From assembly GCF_001194135.2 (NCBI RefSeq), contig NC_068984.1:12694313-12728722 (forward strand): 34,410 bases of DNA, written 5' to 3'. The notes below the pieces were generated by a model. It saw only the letters and a program-made list of their open reading frames with translations, made no database searches and was not told the DNA's origin. Source of the stretch: Octopus bimaculoides. Its lineage: Eukaryota. Position numbers and translations under genes: made by a program. Shown here piece after piece: positions 34,332 through 34,410 of this stretch; position 1 is the first letter of the stretch; each line of letters opens with the position of its first letter.

Positions 34332-34410
34332 CGTGTGTATATGTATATATGTATATATGTATGTATATATGTATGTATATGTATATATGTGTTTGTATAT
34401 ATATATATAT
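30590..34410. repeat. Microsatellite-dominated end region: (GA)n, (TA)n, (CAT)n, (GTT)n, (TATC)n, (GT)n
   Basis: Directly visible. Unique islands lie at about 31380-31560, 31640-31740 and 32540-32900. Confidence 0.9.

Overview
AT-rich, repeat-saturated eukaryotic non-coding DNA, most likely intronic or intergenic sequence from an octopus. That assignment rests on recognising the SINE families from memory and was not database-checked. About 3.8 kb (11%) is N, in 11 gaps that almost all abut microsatellites. No protein-coding gene can be supported. The long ORFs in the track are microsatellite, low-complexity or N read-throughs, or fossil transposon frames. The window holds about 20 tRNA-derived SINE copies in several modular families, many with clear target-site duplications (TSDs). 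It also holds 3' fragments of three LINE types (CR1/L2 group, RTE-like, RLE/R4-like), mariner, pogo/Tigger and hAT DNA-transposon remnants, and abundant microsatellites. The most interesting signal is a set of type I hammerhead-ribozyme (HHR) motifs. A near-complete HHR (minus strand, 3505-3555) sits on a long extended helix I inside a terminally redundant unit of about 340 nt, which looks like a retrozyme or Penelope-derived circular-RNA element. A minimal HHR with an intact core lies at 17611-17665 (minus), and degenerate ones lie at 27707-27764 and 22451-22576. Secondary signals are dimeric and trimeric SINEs that appear to move as one unit, and a SINE-head/LINE-tail chimera.
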